Shown piece after piece: positions 17,961-28,288 of a stretch of DNA of 64,000 nucleotides. A program made the translations under genes and the position numbers. Positions within the stretch are counted from its first letter, which is position 1, and every line of letters starts with the position of its first letter. The stretch is from NCBI GenBank assembly GCA_044368575.1, contig JBIPPH010000002.1:2198-66197 (forward strand), in the 5' to 3' direction. The DNA is from Bacteroidia bacterium (GTDB lineage Bacteria > Bacteroidota > Bacteroidia > NS11-12g > UBA955). Under the pieces are notes generated by a model. The model made no database searches, was not told where the DNA came from, and saw only the letters and a program-made list of their open reading frames with translations.

Positions 17961-18779
17961 ATGCCCTTTAAACTCTGTTTTTTGACCCTGTGCTTACTTG
18001 GCTTTGGCCAAACGCATGCCATGCAAAGTGCTGATACCATACCTATGCAAGCCAATTGCAAAATGAGCGTTGATAATTTGGGCAATTGCTTCATTGTAAC
18101 CCCACAAAACGACATCATTAAGTACAATGTTCAAGGCCAAAAAACGGCCAGTAACAATGTTAAATTATTAGGCAATATCGCGTCAATAGATGTTAGCAAT
18201 CCCTTTGAAATTTTTGTGTTTTATAGAGATCAAAATCAATTATTGATACTTGACAATATGCTCAATATTCAATCGCAAATTGATCTTGACCCAACCGGTA
18301 TTTTGCAAATAGCATGCTTAGCCAGGAGCTCAGACAATCAAATCTGGCTTTATGACATGAGTGATTTCAAATTAAAGAAATACAACAAAGCACTTGAACT
18401 ATTACTTGAAAGCCCTGCCTTCAACACCTTACAAATCGCTGAAACCATCCAGCCAAAACAAATTCTAGACGTTAACACACAAATTTTTGTATTGAATCAA
18501 CAACAAATATTGAGTTTTGATGTATACGCCAACTACAACAAATTGGTATTAGTTGATACCCTCTATCAAATGTATTGGCAAAGCCCACATATTTGCTATC
18601 AAAAGCAAGGCGAATGGATGCAGTACAATCCCCTCAATTGGCAAATTCAAAAGTATGCATTGGACTTGCCTAAAAACGCCCAAATGGCTTATAAGACCGA
18701 AGAAAATGTGTACATTTTAAGCAGCGATTGTTTAATTTTGCGACGCTTGAATAAAGGGAATACCCCATCGAGTAAATAG
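17961..18779 (+). CDS. secreted hypothetical protein
   Basis: 272-aa ORF with a signal peptide. It starts directly after the lpxH stop. No motif recognised. Confidence 0.45.
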   Translation: MPFKLCFLTLCLLGFGQTHAMQSADTIPMQANCKMSVDNLGNCFIVTPQNDIIKYNVQGQKTASNNVKLLGNIASIDVSNPFEIFVFYRDQNQLLILDNMLNIQSQIDLDPTGILQIACLARSSDNQIWLYDMSDFKLKKYNKALELLLESPAFNTLQIAETIQPKQILDVNTQIFVLNQQQILSFDVYANYNKLVLVDTLYQMYWQSPHICYQKQGEWMQYNPLNWQIQKYALDLPKNAQMAYKTEENVYILSSDCLILRRLNKGNTPSSK

Positions 18780-18784
18780 ACAAG

Positions 18785-19855
18785 ATGATTGAAAAATTTG
18801 ACGCCATTGAGGCCAGGTATAAAGAAGTTGAATTGCTATTGAGCAACTCTGATACAATGCAAGACATGAAACGTTTTGCTCAGCTCAATAAAGAATACAG
18901 CGAGTTAAAAGAAGTTGTAGACACCTTCATTGAATACCGCAACGTGTTGAATCACCACCAACAAGCCAAAGACATTATCGCCAATGAAAAAGACCAAGAG
19001 CTTAAAGAAATGGCGCGATTAGAAGCTGATGAAATGGGTGAAAAACTGGTGGTGTTGGAGGAAAAAATTAAATTGTTATTAATACCAAAAGATCCTGAAG
19101 ACGCTAAAAATGCGATCATAGAAATTAGAGCAGGAACAGGTGGTGATGAAGCCAGTTTATTTGCAGGTGACCTCATGAAAATGTACATGCGTTACTGTGA
19201 AAACAGAGGCTGGAAAGTAGAAGTCATGGATGAAAACGAAGGCACTGCAGGTGGATACAAAGAAGTCATTTTAGAAGTAAGTGGCAGCAATGTTTATGGC
19301 GATTTAAAATACGAAAGTGGTGTTCACCGTGTTCAAAGGGTGCCTAAAACTGAAAGTCAAGGCCGTGTACACACATCTGCTGCTACAGTAGCGGTTTTAC
19401 CAGAAGCTGAAGAAGTTGATGTGCAATTAAACCCAGCCGATATTGAAATGCAAACCAGCCGAAGTGGTGGCGCAGGTGGACAGAACGTAAACAAAGTTGA
19501 AACCAAGGTGCAATTGACCCACAAACCCTCTGGAATAGTGGTAGTGTGTCAGGTAGAGCGATCTCAATTAGGCAACAGAGAAAGGGCTATGCAAATGCTT
19601 AGAACGAAACTCTATGAAAAAGCCTTAGAAGAACACAACTCTAAAATTGCAAGTACGCGTAAAACCCTTGTTGCCAGTGGTGACAGAAGTGCTAAAATCA
19701 GAACCTATAATTTTCCTCAAAGCCGTGTAACTGATCATAGAATCAATTTAACTGTATACGCTTTAGATAGCTTTCTATCAGGCGAAATTCAAGGGATGTT
19801 AGATGCGCTCAAAGTAGCTGAAAATGCTGAGCGTATGCAAGAAGGCAGTAACTAA
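18785..19855 (+). CDS. prfA: peptide chain release factor 1
   Basis: GGQ motif ([11 protein letters not shown]) and an RF1-type tripeptide region ([14 protein letters not shown]). Confidence 0.95.
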   Translation: MIEKFDAIEARYKEVELLLSNSDTMQDMKRFAQLNKEYSELKEVVDTFIEYRNVLNHHQQAKDIIANEKDQELKEMARLEADEMGEKLVVLEEKIKLLLIPKDPEDAKNAIIEIRAGTGGDEASLFAGDLMKMYMRYCENRGWKVEVMDENEGTAGGYKEVILEVSGSNVYGDLKYESGVHRVQRVPKTESQGRVHTSAATVAVLPEAEEVDVQLNPADIEMQTSRSGGAGGQNVNKVETKVQLTHKPSGIVVVCQVERSQLGNRERAMQMLRTKLYEKALEEHNSKIASTRKTLVASGDRSAKIRTYNFPQSRVTDHRINLTVYALDSFLSGEIQGMLDALKVAENAERMQEGSN

Positions 19856-20076
19856 AGACTATACACCAGCAGCGTGCTGCTCTGTACCATTACCATCTTT
19901 ACGAATGGGTTTTTCAACCGCTCTGCGACGGCTTTTGGTCTTGTCAGAATATTGCTTTTGGCTACTCATGGTCTTTAAGAGTCAACAAGAATTGGTATTC
20001 AATTATTGTGCCCATTTACGTATTAGACGCTAAAAAACGCAAAACGTTTCACGCAGTTGAAAAAAAAATACAAAGA

Positions 20077-21381
20077 TTAGAATTTACCCGACAAAAAGTC
20101 ATTTGCCATGCGTTTGCCCTCTCTAACGGCATAATTAGTGCCTCTGTCTTCAGGGTAAATTTGCGCCATTGAATTGATGTAAACAGTTGGAATAGGCGTC
20201 TTAAAGCCTGGAATGATCTGGCTGTAATGCTTAGTTACCAATGGTTGAGAATAAGGCTCTTTCCAAACATGGTATTGGATTACCCAATCCTGATTAAAGT
20301 CTGGGAACATCTTTTGAATGAATGGAATGGCGTATTGATAAAACGCCTCAGGGGTCATGTTGTAGAGGGTTTCATCTGTAGGCAAGTACTTTGATAAATA
20401 GACAATGTGACGGCCTTTATAGGTCTCTGTTGGTTCAAAATTGGTGTGTTCTATGATGCCCACAAATGGAAAGCCTGGATCATTCACATTCAACCAATAA
20501 ATCTCGCTTAAACTCTTATTGAGCTCAAGGGTTAAACAAACATTACCAATGTACTGAATCGCTTCTAATTGATTAATGTAGGCGCCATCACAAGCAGACC
20601 TTAAAAGATTGGCTGCAATGGGCAAGGGTGTTGTGATTACTGTATGATCAGCTTGTGCAGTTGAGTTATCCGTAAATGTAATTGTGGCCTTGGCATCTAT
20701 ATGGGCTACCGCTTTGTTCAATTCCACTTTACCGCCATTGTTTTGTATGGCCTCCACCATAGACTCTGCCAATGAGGCAAAGCCCCCTTTGTAATAGGCT
20801 AAAAATTCTTTACCCTTTTCGCCTCTGCTGCCGCCTCTTAGTTTAAGTTTATTCCAAAACCAAACAGCTGAAACGGTTTCTGCATATCGACCGAATTTGC
20901 CTTTTAACAAAGGTTCCCAAACCACTTCATAGCCCTGTTTGCCACAGATTTTAATCAACCAGTCTTTGGCAGTAATGTTTTCTAAGCTCTTCCAATTTCT
21001 GACCATACGAACAGCCAATACCACAAAGCCTAAACGAATGCGGTTAATGAAGTTAAGAGGTTTGAATTTTAATAAGTCTAAGGGCGAACTCAACCTGAAG
21101 AATTGATTGGCATAATACATGCCTGTTCTGGTTGGTCTTACAATGATGTGATCTTCACGTTTCAAGTCTTTAATTAAGTCCATGATGTGTTGATCATTGG
21201 TAAACCAATGGTGGTAAAATTTTTCGAGATGGGTACCTTCTACTTGATATGAACCAGCTAGACCGCCCACCTCCGCATCTTTTTCATATATGTTCACTTG
21301 CCAACCCGCTTTTGATAAATAATATCCCAAGCTGAGTCCGGTAAACCCCGCACCTATTATACTGATTGATGGTTTTGTCAT
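20077..21381 (-). CDS. FAD/NAD(P)-dependent oxidoreductase (amine oxidase / phytoene desaturase superfamily)
   Basis: N-terminal Rossmann motif IIGAGFTGLS...YEKDAEVGG; 434 aa. Confidence 0.7.
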   Translation of the reverse strand: MTKPSISIIGAGFTGLSLGYYLSKAGWQVNIYEKDAEVGGLAGSYQVEGTHLEKFYHHWFTNDQHIMDLIKDLKREDHIIVRPTRTGMYYANQFFRLSSPLDLLKFKPLNFINRIRLGFVVLAVRMVRNWKSLENITAKDWLIKICGKQGYEVVWEPLLKGKFGRYAETVSAVWFWNKLKLRGGSRGEKGKEFLAYYKGGFASLAESMVEAIQNNGGKVELNKAVAHIDAKATITFTDNSTAQADHTVITTPLPIAANLLRSACDGAYINQLEAIQYIGNVCLTLELNKSLSEIYWLNVNDPGFPFVGIIEHTNFEPTETYKGRHIVYLSKYLPTDETLYNMTPEAFYQYAIPFIQKMFPDFNQDWVIQYHVWKEPYSQPLVTKHYSQIIPGFKTPIPTVYINSMAQIYPEDRGTNYAVREGKRMANDFLSGKF

Positions 21382-21387
21382 AGTGTT

Positions 21388-22323
21388 TTAGAACCCAAAT
21401 TTATCTCTGATAATGTACAATGGACGACGTTTGATTTCGCCATAAATACGGCCAACGTATTCGCCAATAATGCCCAATACAATTAAGATAAGACCGCCTA
21501 TCATTAAAACTGAGATCATTAAGAGGGTCCAACCTGGTACAAAATTCTCAGTAAACAAACGCATGTACAAAGCATACAGAATGCCTACAAATGCCGCTAT
21601 TGAAGCTAAAAAGCCCACGAACGAGGCCATCTTTAAAGGCGTATTTGAAAACGATAAAATGGCATCGCTGGCCAATCTGAGCATTTTCTTCAATGGGTAT
21701 TTGGTTGTACCGGCAAATCTGCTTTCTCTGTCGTATTCAACAGAAGTTTGATTGAAGCCTATCCATGCTACCATGCCTCTTACAAAACGATAGGTTTCAC
21801 GCATGCTTAAGAATTGGTCTAAAGCTTTTCTATCCATCAATCTGAAATCACCTGTATCTAATGGAATATCTACATCACTTAAGCGGTTGATGAATCTATA
21901 AAAATACTTTGCTGTAAGCAATTTAAATGCGCTTTCGCCGGCTCTCTCTCTGCGTTTACCGTAAATCACATCAAACCCTTGTTCCCACTTTTCTATCATC
22001 TCAAGGATAACCTGTGGTGGATCTTGCAAATCTGCATCAATCACAACTGCCGCATCGCCAGTACACAAATCTAAGCCAGCAGTAATGGCAATTTGATGCC
22101 CAAAATTACGAGCAAAATTAATCCCCTTAACATGTTTGTCAGCAGCAACTGCTGCTTGAATCTGTTGCAAGGTGTTGTCTTTACTCCCATCGTTCACAAA
22201 AATGAGTTCATAGGTATATTTCTGTGGATCTAATTGGGCTAAAGTATCGCTTAATCGTTTGTATGACTCTGCAAATACTTCTTGCTCATTGAAACAGGGA
22301 ACAACAACTGAGATTAATTTCAT
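21388..22323 (-). CDS. family 2 glycosyltransferase, polyprenyl-phosphate sugar transferase type (GtrB/ArnC-like)
   Basis: VVVPCFNE, DGSKD and DADLQDP motifs, plus two C-terminal TM helices. Confidence 0.8.
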   Translation of the reverse strand: MKLISVVVPCFNEQEVFAESYKRLSDTLAQLDPQKYTYELIFVNDGSKDNTLQQIQAAVAADKHVKGINFARNFGHQIAITAGLDLCTGDAAVVIDADLQDPPQVILEMIEKWEQGFDVIYGKRRERAGESAFKLLTAKYFYRFINRLSDVDIPLDTGDFRLMDRKALDQFLSMRETYRFVRGMVAWIGFNQTSVEYDRESRFAGTTKYPLKKMLRLASDAILSFSNTPLKMASFVGFLASIAAFVGILYALYMRLFTENFVPGWTLLMISVLMIGGLILIVLGIIGEYVGRIYGEIKRRPLYIIRDKFGF

Positions 22324-22328
22324 AAGGC

Positions 22329-23891
22329 TTACAATGGAATATTACCGTGTTTTTTGCGCGGCAAGGTTTTAACTTTATTTTCAAGCATACTGAAAGCTGA
22401 AATCAATTTAGATCTGGTTTCTTCAGGGAAAATGACTTCATCAATGAAACCGCGTTCTGCAGCTCTGTATGGATTGGCAAATATTTCAGCATATTCTGCT
22501 TCTTTTTCTTTCCAAGCTTGATTGGGATCATCAGCAGAACTGATGTCTTTTTTGAAGATGATTTCAGCTGCACCTTTTGCGCCCATCACAGCAATCTCTG
22601 CACTTGGCCAAGCGTAGTTCATATCAGCGCCAATGTGTTTGCTATTCATAACGTCGTAAGCACCGCCGTAAGCTTTTCTAGTGATGACAGTAATACGCGG
22701 CACAGTGGCTTCGCTAAAGGCGTATAACAACTTAGCCCCGTTGGTAATAATGGCATTCCATTCTTGATCTGTTCCTGGCAAGAAACCAGGTACATCTTCT
22801 AAAACTAAAAGTGGAATGTTAAAGGCATCACAAAAACGAACAAATCTGGCCCCTTTAGTAGATGAATCAACATCCAACACCCCTGCTAAAGCTGCAGGAT
22901 TGTTGGCCACAATACCAATGCTTTTACCAGCTAATCTGGCAAAGCCTACTAATATATTATCCGCAAAATTCTTATGTACTTCGAAGAAACTATTCTCATC
23001 CACTATGCCTTCAATCACCTCGCGCATATCGTATGGTTGATTAGGATTTTCAGGCACTATTTTGCTGAGTTGTTCGCGCGTTTCGTTGCCAATTTGATAA
23101 GGTAAAGCAGGTGCTTTCTCTTCGCAATTTTGAGGCACATAAGACAATAACTGCTTAAGCCCTGTTAAACATGCTACTTCATTGGCAAATGCAAAATGAG
23201 CCACACCAGATTTAGAAGAATGCACGGAAGCGCCGCCCAATTGTTCTGAACTCACTTCCTCGTTGGTAACTGTTTTAACCACGTTAGGCCCAGTCACAAA
23301 CATATAACTACTGTTTTCAACCATGCCAATAAAATCTGTGATGGCAGGCGAATACACTGCACCACCGGCACACGGGCCCATGATGGCAGATATTTGAGGT
23401 ATTACCCCACTTGCAATAGTGTTTCTATAAAAGATATCGGCATAGCCACCCAAAGACACAACCCCTTCTTGAATTCTAGCGCCACCGCTATCGTTTAAGC
23501 CGATAACTGGTGCGCCGTTTTGAAGCGCTAAGTCCATGATTTTGCAAATTTTCTCTGCGTGGGTTTCACTCAAAGAACCACCAAATACGGTAAAGTCTTG
23601 TGAAAACACATAGACCAATCTGCCGTGAATGGTACCGTAACCGGTTACTACACCATCCCCTAAAAACTTTTGATTTTGCATGCCAAAATCATTGCTGCGA
23701 TGGGTTACAAAAGCGCCAATTTCATTGAAACTGTTTTCGTCCAATAAGAAGTGTATTCTTTCTCTGGCTGTTAGTTTGCCTTTGGCGTGTTGTGACTTGA
23801 TTCTATCTTCGCCACCGCCCAATAAAGACGCTTGTCTTTTTTGCTCTAATAACGCTCTTTTATTCATATCTTTTTGTGTCTGAGCACTCAT
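22329..23891 (-). CDS. acyl-CoA carboxylase carboxyltransferase (beta) subunit, propionyl/methylmalonyl-CoA type
   Basis: 520 aa with the typical two-crotonase-fold carboxyltransferase sequence (GGARIQEGV..., AYGGAYDVM). Confidence 0.85.
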   Translation of the reverse strand: MSAQTQKDMNKRALLEQKRQASLLGGGEDRIKSQHAKGKLTARERIHFLLDENSFNEIGAFVTHRSNDFGMQNQKFLGDGVVTGYGTIHGRLVYVFSQDFTVFGGSLSETHAEKICKIMDLALQNGAPVIGLNDSGGARIQEGVVSLGGYADIFYRNTIASGVIPQISAIMGPCAGGAVYSPAITDFIGMVENSSYMFVTGPNVVKTVTNEEVSSEQLGGASVHSSKSGVAHFAFANEVACLTGLKQLLSYVPQNCEEKAPALPYQIGNETREQLSKIVPENPNQPYDMREVIEGIVDENSFFEVHKNFADNILVGFARLAGKSIGIVANNPAALAGVLDVDSSTKGARFVRFCDAFNIPLLVLEDVPGFLPGTDQEWNAIITNGAKLLYAFSEATVPRITVITRKAYGGAYDVMNSKHIGADMNYAWPSAEIAVMGAKGAAEIIFKKDISSADDPNQAWKEKEAEYAEIFANPYRAAERGFIDEVIFPEETRSKLISAFSMLENKVKTLPRKKHGNIPL

Positions 23892-23922
23892 ACTGTTTAC
23901 CCCTGCAAATTACGAATGTTTT

Positions 23923-24957
23923 TTAGATTATTGGCAACGAATAGCAATTCTTTAATTGCTGCACATTGACTTGAATCTGGATCTGCCCTTGACCAAGATC
24001 AATTGGCAATGAAAATCCAATTGTATGCTGTGAATTCTTCTTATCGGCCATTAAAAAAGGGAGTAAGTCGTTAAAGTCAGGTTGCCATTGGCTACTTGGA
24101 AAATCAAATTGATCAAGCCCATTTAGCATGGTTAAAGCCTTGTCTTTGTTTAAAACCCCCAAATGCACAGCCAAAGCTATTTCTTGACGCATACCCCAAA
24201 GCACTGCATCAGCATGACTCGTGCTACTGCCTTGGTTTAACACATATGATTCATAGGCATGGCCATAGGTATGTCCAAAATTTAAAAGTTGTCTGACTGA
24301 AGCATCATAGGGATCTTGCTCAACCAGATGGATTTTGTTTTGAACTGCGCTTTTCACAATGGCTTTTAAAGCTTCACTGTTGGGGCTTGGCCAAGGATTT
24401 TGAACAAGCGTTTGCCACAACCGCGCATCAGCTATAATGGCTATTTTAAAAATTTCTGCAAAACTCAAAAGAGTATCAACCGCAGGCATGGTATTCAAGA
24501 ACTTAAGATCAAGAATAACGGCTTTTGGATGATAGATACTGCCTATGATATTTTTAGCAAAAGCATGGTCTACGCCTGTTTTACCGCCTATAGCAGCATC
24601 TACCATACCCATCAGTGTAGTGGGCACATTGATAAATGGAATGCCTCGTTTGTATATGGAGGCCACAAAACCGCCCATGTCAGTCACTACGCCACCACCC
24701 AAGTTGACCAACAATGCCTGTTTGCTGCACTGGAGGGCCATTAATTGGTCCATAATTTTTTCTGCCGCTCTAAGCGTTTTATATTGTTCCCCCGCTGGCA
24801 TAACAATGTGCTTGTAGGCCTTTTGCAAATGAGGAAAACAATGTACTTGAGTATTCGAATCACACAACACTACCACTTCACTGTAGGCATGGTCATGACA
24901 ATAATTTTGCAATAAGGTTGCGACCGAATCGGTCATTAAGAGCTCAGAAAAACTCAT
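23923..24957 (-). CDS. aroB: 3-dehydroquinate synthase
   Basis: Nucleotide-binding GGGVVTDMGGFVA motif and metal-binding His residues; 344 aa. Confidence 0.75.
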   Translation of the reverse strand: MSFSELLMTDSVATLLQNYCHDHAYSEVVVLCDSNTQVHCFPHLQKAYKHIVMPAGEQYKTLRAAEKIMDQLMALQCSKQALLVNLGGGVVTDMGGFVASIYKRGIPFINVPTTLMGMVDAAIGGKTGVDHAFAKNIIGSIYHPKAVILDLKFLNTMPAVDTLLSFAEIFKIAIIADARLWQTLVQNPWPSPNSEALKAIVKSAVQNKIHLVEQDPYDASVRQLLNFGHTYGHAYESYVLNQGSSTSHADAVLWGMRQEIALAVHLGVLNKDKALTMLNGLDQFDFPSSQWQPDFNDLLPFLMADKKNSQHTIGFSLPIDLGQGQIQIQVNVQQLKNCYSLPII

Positions 24958-25868
24958 GGTGTTTTGATCTGGTCGTAAAAACTTTTATTAGCGGGATCCA
25001 TTTTTGACAAGAGCTCAATGGCTTTGGTTTGATCAGCTGCTGGCGCCCCTTTAAATATTTCAATTAATTCGCGGTATTTGGCATTGAAAAACACTTTTAC
25101 CAACATAGAATTTGGAAACAATCGGGTGACTTCCTGAAAATTCTCTAAAGATTTATACAACTCATCGCGCCCCTTCACTACATCTTTATGCATTTGATCG
25201 AGCCCATTCAAATGGTATTGGTAAAAACTCTTTCTAACTGATAAATAACGATCATTGGTTAAGTTATCAATCAAATAAAATCTGTTTTTAAGACTTTGAC
25301 CATCATTGGCTCTCCAGCCATCAATACTTTGACTGGCATTTAAAATTTCTCGGGCTTTTACGTAGTATGGTGTTCCGCCTTCAGAAGAATAGGAGTCATA
25401 ATTCAAACCCACAATCACATTCATATAAAAAGCCAACATACCTGTTAGGTTGTATACATTGGCACTTTGCTGAAATTCCATGGCCTGAAACTCTTGGTAG
25501 GTAAAATTAAAGTCCATGTCCAGTTGGTTGAAAATGACAGTAGAATAAGTACTGCCAAAAACCGGCCTGGTGGCTTGGATTTGAATGGTACCACTGAAGT
25601 TATTGGAATTCAACTCATATTGGGTAATGTCTATCAGCAAATTCACTTTTAAATGCTCAACATTGGTGAGTTTATCATTGCACCATAAACGTTGATTGAT
25701 GAATTGAGAAATAGAACTCTCTAAAGACTTAAATATTTGTGTATTTGAAATCTGAATTTTAGGATAGATAACAGATACTTTGGCTTCAATATCTTGGGCA
25801 TTGCTAATGCTCACTGTAAAGCAAGTCAAGAGGCAGATTATGAGTGAAGCAAATGGTCTTGTATGCAT
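24954..25868 (-). CDS. DUF4835-like secreted protein
   Basis: Signal peptide present. Its position next to coaBC matches the arrangement I recall for Bacteroidetes DUF4835 genes. No catalytic motif. Confidence 0.45.
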   Translation of the reverse strand: MHTRPFASLIICLLTCFTVSISNAQDIEAKVSVIYPKIQISNTQIFKSLESSISQFINQRLWCNDKLTNVEHLKVNLLIDITQYELNSNNFSGTIQIQATRPVFGSTYSTVIFNQLDMDFNFTYQEFQAMEFQQSANVYNLTGMLAFYMNVIVGLNYDSYSSEGGTPYYVKAREILNASQSIDGWRANDGQSLKNRFYLIDNLTNDRYLSVRKSFYQYHLNGLDQMHKDVVKGRDELYKSLENFQEVTRLFPNSMLVKVFFNAKYRELIEIFKGAPAADQTKAIELLSKMDPANKSFYDQIKTP

Positions 25869-26506
25869 TCGATAATGTCTTTGGCCACTGAATGTTTGTC
25901 TTTCAATGGAAACTCAAAAATAACACCTTTTGGAAGAATAATTGAAATTTTATTGTTATCAGATCCAAAACCTGAGCCAGGATCTCTCAATGAATTTAAA
26001 ACAATGGCGTCAGCGCGCTTCTTGATTAACTTTTGAGTCGCATTTTCCAATTCGTTTTCAGTTTCTAAGGCAAAACCAACTACAATTTGTTCGCTGGTTT
26101 TAATGGCCCCTAAATGGGCTAAAATATCTGGATTTTTAACCAAGTCGATTTGTAAAGTATCGGCTTGTTTTTTGATTTTATTATCTGCTCTATGGGCAGG
26201 TCTGTAATCTGCCACAGCTGCAGACATAATCGCCAATTGGCATTTAGGAAACAATTGCACACAGGCATCGTACATTTCAAGCGCAGACTCTACAGCATAT
26301 ACCTGCACATTTGGATGCTTAAGACTGAGCTGAACTGGACCTGAAACCAAATGCACTTGGGCGCCTAAATCGGCTAAAACTTCGGCTAATGCATAGCCCA
26401 TTTTACCCGTTGAATAATTCCCAATAAACCTGACTGGATCTAGCTTTTCGTAGGTAGGTCCGGCAGTAATCAGTACCTGTATGCCTTTAAAATCAGTTCT
26501 GGCCAA
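25838..26506 (-). CDS. coaB: phosphopantothenate-cysteine ligase half of CoaBC (separate frame)
   Basis: ITAGPTYEKLDPVRFIGNYSTGKMG motif. The only in-frame start is a TTG at 26506, which overlaps the CoaC-half ORF by 14 nt. Confidence 0.7.
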   Translation of the reverse strand: MARTDFKGIQVLITAGPTYEKLDPVRFIGNYSTGKMGYALAEVLADLGAQVHLVSGPVQLSLKHPNVQVYAVESALEMYDACVQLFPKCQLAIMSAAVADYRPAHRADNKIKKQADTLQIDLVKNPDILAHLGAIKTSEQIVVGFALETENELENATQKLIKKRADAIVLNSLRDPGSGFGSDNNKISIILPKGVIFEFPLKDKHSVAKDIIECIQDHLLHS

Positions 26507-27047
26507 AATGATGAAGAATGTGTTGAAGGATGGTTTCCGGCTCTGCCATTCTACCCTTCCCTTCTAGTCCTGAAGCCAATTCTCCGGTCTCTGCTTCTAT
26601 AAAATGATTGCCGTAAGTTTGCAGTTTTGCTATATTGTTTTGAACTGCCGGATGTTGGTACATGTCTAAGTCCATTGCTGGGGCAAACATAACTTTACAA
26701 CGGGCAGACAAATAGGTGGCTAATAAAATATTATCGCAGATGCCATTGGCCATTTTAGCAATGGTGTTAGCACTGGCTGGGGCTACAACAAACACATCAG
26801 CCCACAAACCAAGCTCAACATGGTTATGCCATTCACCTGATTCGTTTTTGTAAAAGTCTGATATAACAGGCTCTTTGCTCAGTGTGGCAAGTGTTACTGG
26901 CGGAATAAACGCCTTGGCAGATGCCGTCATTAACACCTTTACTTGAGCGCCTTGTTTGATCAAAAGACGCACTAAAAAGGCGATTTTGTAGGCAGCAATA
27001 CTACCTGAAACACCAATTAAAACGCGCTTATCCTTGAGCGTCTTCAT
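26493..27047 (-). CDS. coaC: phosphopantothenoylcysteine decarboxylase half of CoaBC
   Basis: Flavoprotein motif LIGVSGSIAAYK and APAMDLDM. It ends at 26493, just where a fused CoaBC would continue. Confidence 0.75.
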   Translation of the reverse strand: MKTLKDKRVLIGVSGSIAAYKIAFLVRLLIKQGAQVKVLMTASAKAFIPPVTLATLSKEPVISDFYKNESGEWHNHVELGLWADVFVVAPASANTIAKMANGICDNILLATYLSARCKVMFAPAMDLDMYQHPAVQNNIAKLQTYGNHFIEAETGELASGLEGKGRMAEPETILQHILHHFGQN

Positions 27048-27351
27048 CAGGCAGACGATAATAAATTTTATCGTTCAAATACTCTTGAGTAGCCAATAAA
27101 GTTGGTTTTGGCATTTTCTCATAAGAAGCAGAAATTTCGATTTGCTCTCTGTTCTCATGGATTTCTTCAAGATTGTCGTGCTCTGATGCAAACTCTGACA
27201 ATTTGTTGCTCAATTCTTCTTTAATAGATTGAGAAATTTGATTGGCTCTCTTAGCAATAACGACAGCAGACATGTAAATGTTGCCGGTACCGTTTTCTAA
27301 ATCTTTTAAGTTACGAGCTTCAGCGCTTGGTGACACTTTTTGATCTTTCAT
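27028..27351 (-). CDS. rpoZ: DNA-directed RNA polymerase omega subunit-like protein
   Basis: 107 aa with a core IYMSAVVIAKRANQI resembling the omega helix. Sits between bamD and coaBC, as is typical in Bacteroidetes. Confidence 0.55.
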   Translation of the reverse strand: MKDQKVSPSAEARNLKDLENGTGNIYMSAVVIAKRANQISQSIKEELSNKLSEFASEHDNLEEIHENREQIEISASYEKMPKPTLLATQEYLNDKIYYRLPDEDAQG

Positions 27352-27352
27352 G

Positions 27353-28255
27353 TTATTGAATTTTATGTAATGTTTTGTGTTTGGTTAACTCTTCTTTAGC
27401 CTTTTCGTTAATGGCTGTGGCCTCTTTATAATAAGGATTGCTGGCTTTATTGTTATTGATAAAAACCTTGTATTCATCAAATACTGCATTGTACCTTTCA
27501 ACCTTTCTTTCATCAATGCTATGATGCGCATACAAATAAGATGCCTTAACCGTTAAGAATTCTATTTGGTCTTTGTTGTCCATATCTGGAAAATCTTTGA
27601 CCGCATTCTTAAAAGAAGTGATTGCAGCCACATAATCTTCAATTTTATAGAACAACATGGCTGATTCAAACGCTTTCTGTTTGAGCTTGCCTCTTAACTC
27701 ATCCATTTCCAAATTGCATTGGTCTTTGAAAGTGATGGTATCATTAACTGTTTGTTTAACGCCATTAACAGTCTTTACACTGCTATTGATTTCATATATA
27801 CCGTTGGAATTGGCATATTGGTTCAAAAACAATTGAATTTCAGCAATGGCTTTGGTGGTAGAACTTTGATCAAGGAAATAATCCAAAGCATCTTTGTACA
27901 AGCAGTTGGTATATCTGAAGTAACACTCTTCTATGTGCTTGCTGTTGAAATAATTTTCAGTAAAATTTTTAAAGTGATAGGCTGCTAATTCATATTGACC
28001 AAGTCCGTAGTAGCTGTAGCAGTAGTAATAATAAATTTCTTCGCTCTGTTCTTTCCCTCTGTATACGGCCAATAAATCTTCAAGCAAAGGCAAAGCCCTA
28101 ACATAATCCTTCTTGGCATATAATCTCTTAGCCATGGCGTACTTATCGTCTACGCTACCTTTCTTAACCACTTGGCCATATTCTGAACAAGCGCTTAAAG
28201 CTAAGATTAAAACAATATACAAGAAGAAGGACTTCACAGTTGATGGAATCCGCAA
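27353..28255 (-). CDS. bamD: outer membrane protein assembly factor BamD-like TPR lipoprotein
   Basis: Lipobox LALSAC, TPR-like repeats, conserved neighbourhood. The ORF-track start is TTG. Confidence 0.65.
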   Translation of the reverse strand: MRIPSTVKSFFLYIVLILALSACSEYGQVVKKGSVDDKYAMAKRLYAKKDYVRALPLLEDLLAVYRGKEQSEEIYYYYCYSYYGLGQYELAAYHFKNFTENYFNSKHIEECYFRYTNCLYKDALDYFLDQSSTTKAIAEIQLFLNQYANSNGIYEINSSVKTVNGVKQTVNDTITFKDQCNLEMDELRGKLKQKAFESAMLFYKIEDYVAAITSFKNAVKDFPDMDNKDQIEFLTVKASYLYAHHSIDERKVERYNAVFDEYKVFINNNKASNPYYKEATAINEKAKEELTKHKTLHKIQ

Positions 28256-28288
28256 AGTTACTACATAAAACGCTGATTTTCAAAAAAA

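Noticed and set aside
24400-24817. Two overlapping + strand ORFs (114 and 90 aa) antisense to aroB. Similar antisense ORFs occur at 47354-47686, 40907-41254, 54333-54542 and 15738-16011.
   Set aside because: Each lies wholly inside, or substantially overlaps, a well-supported gene on the other strand. None has a recognisable motif. This is typical of shadow ORFs.
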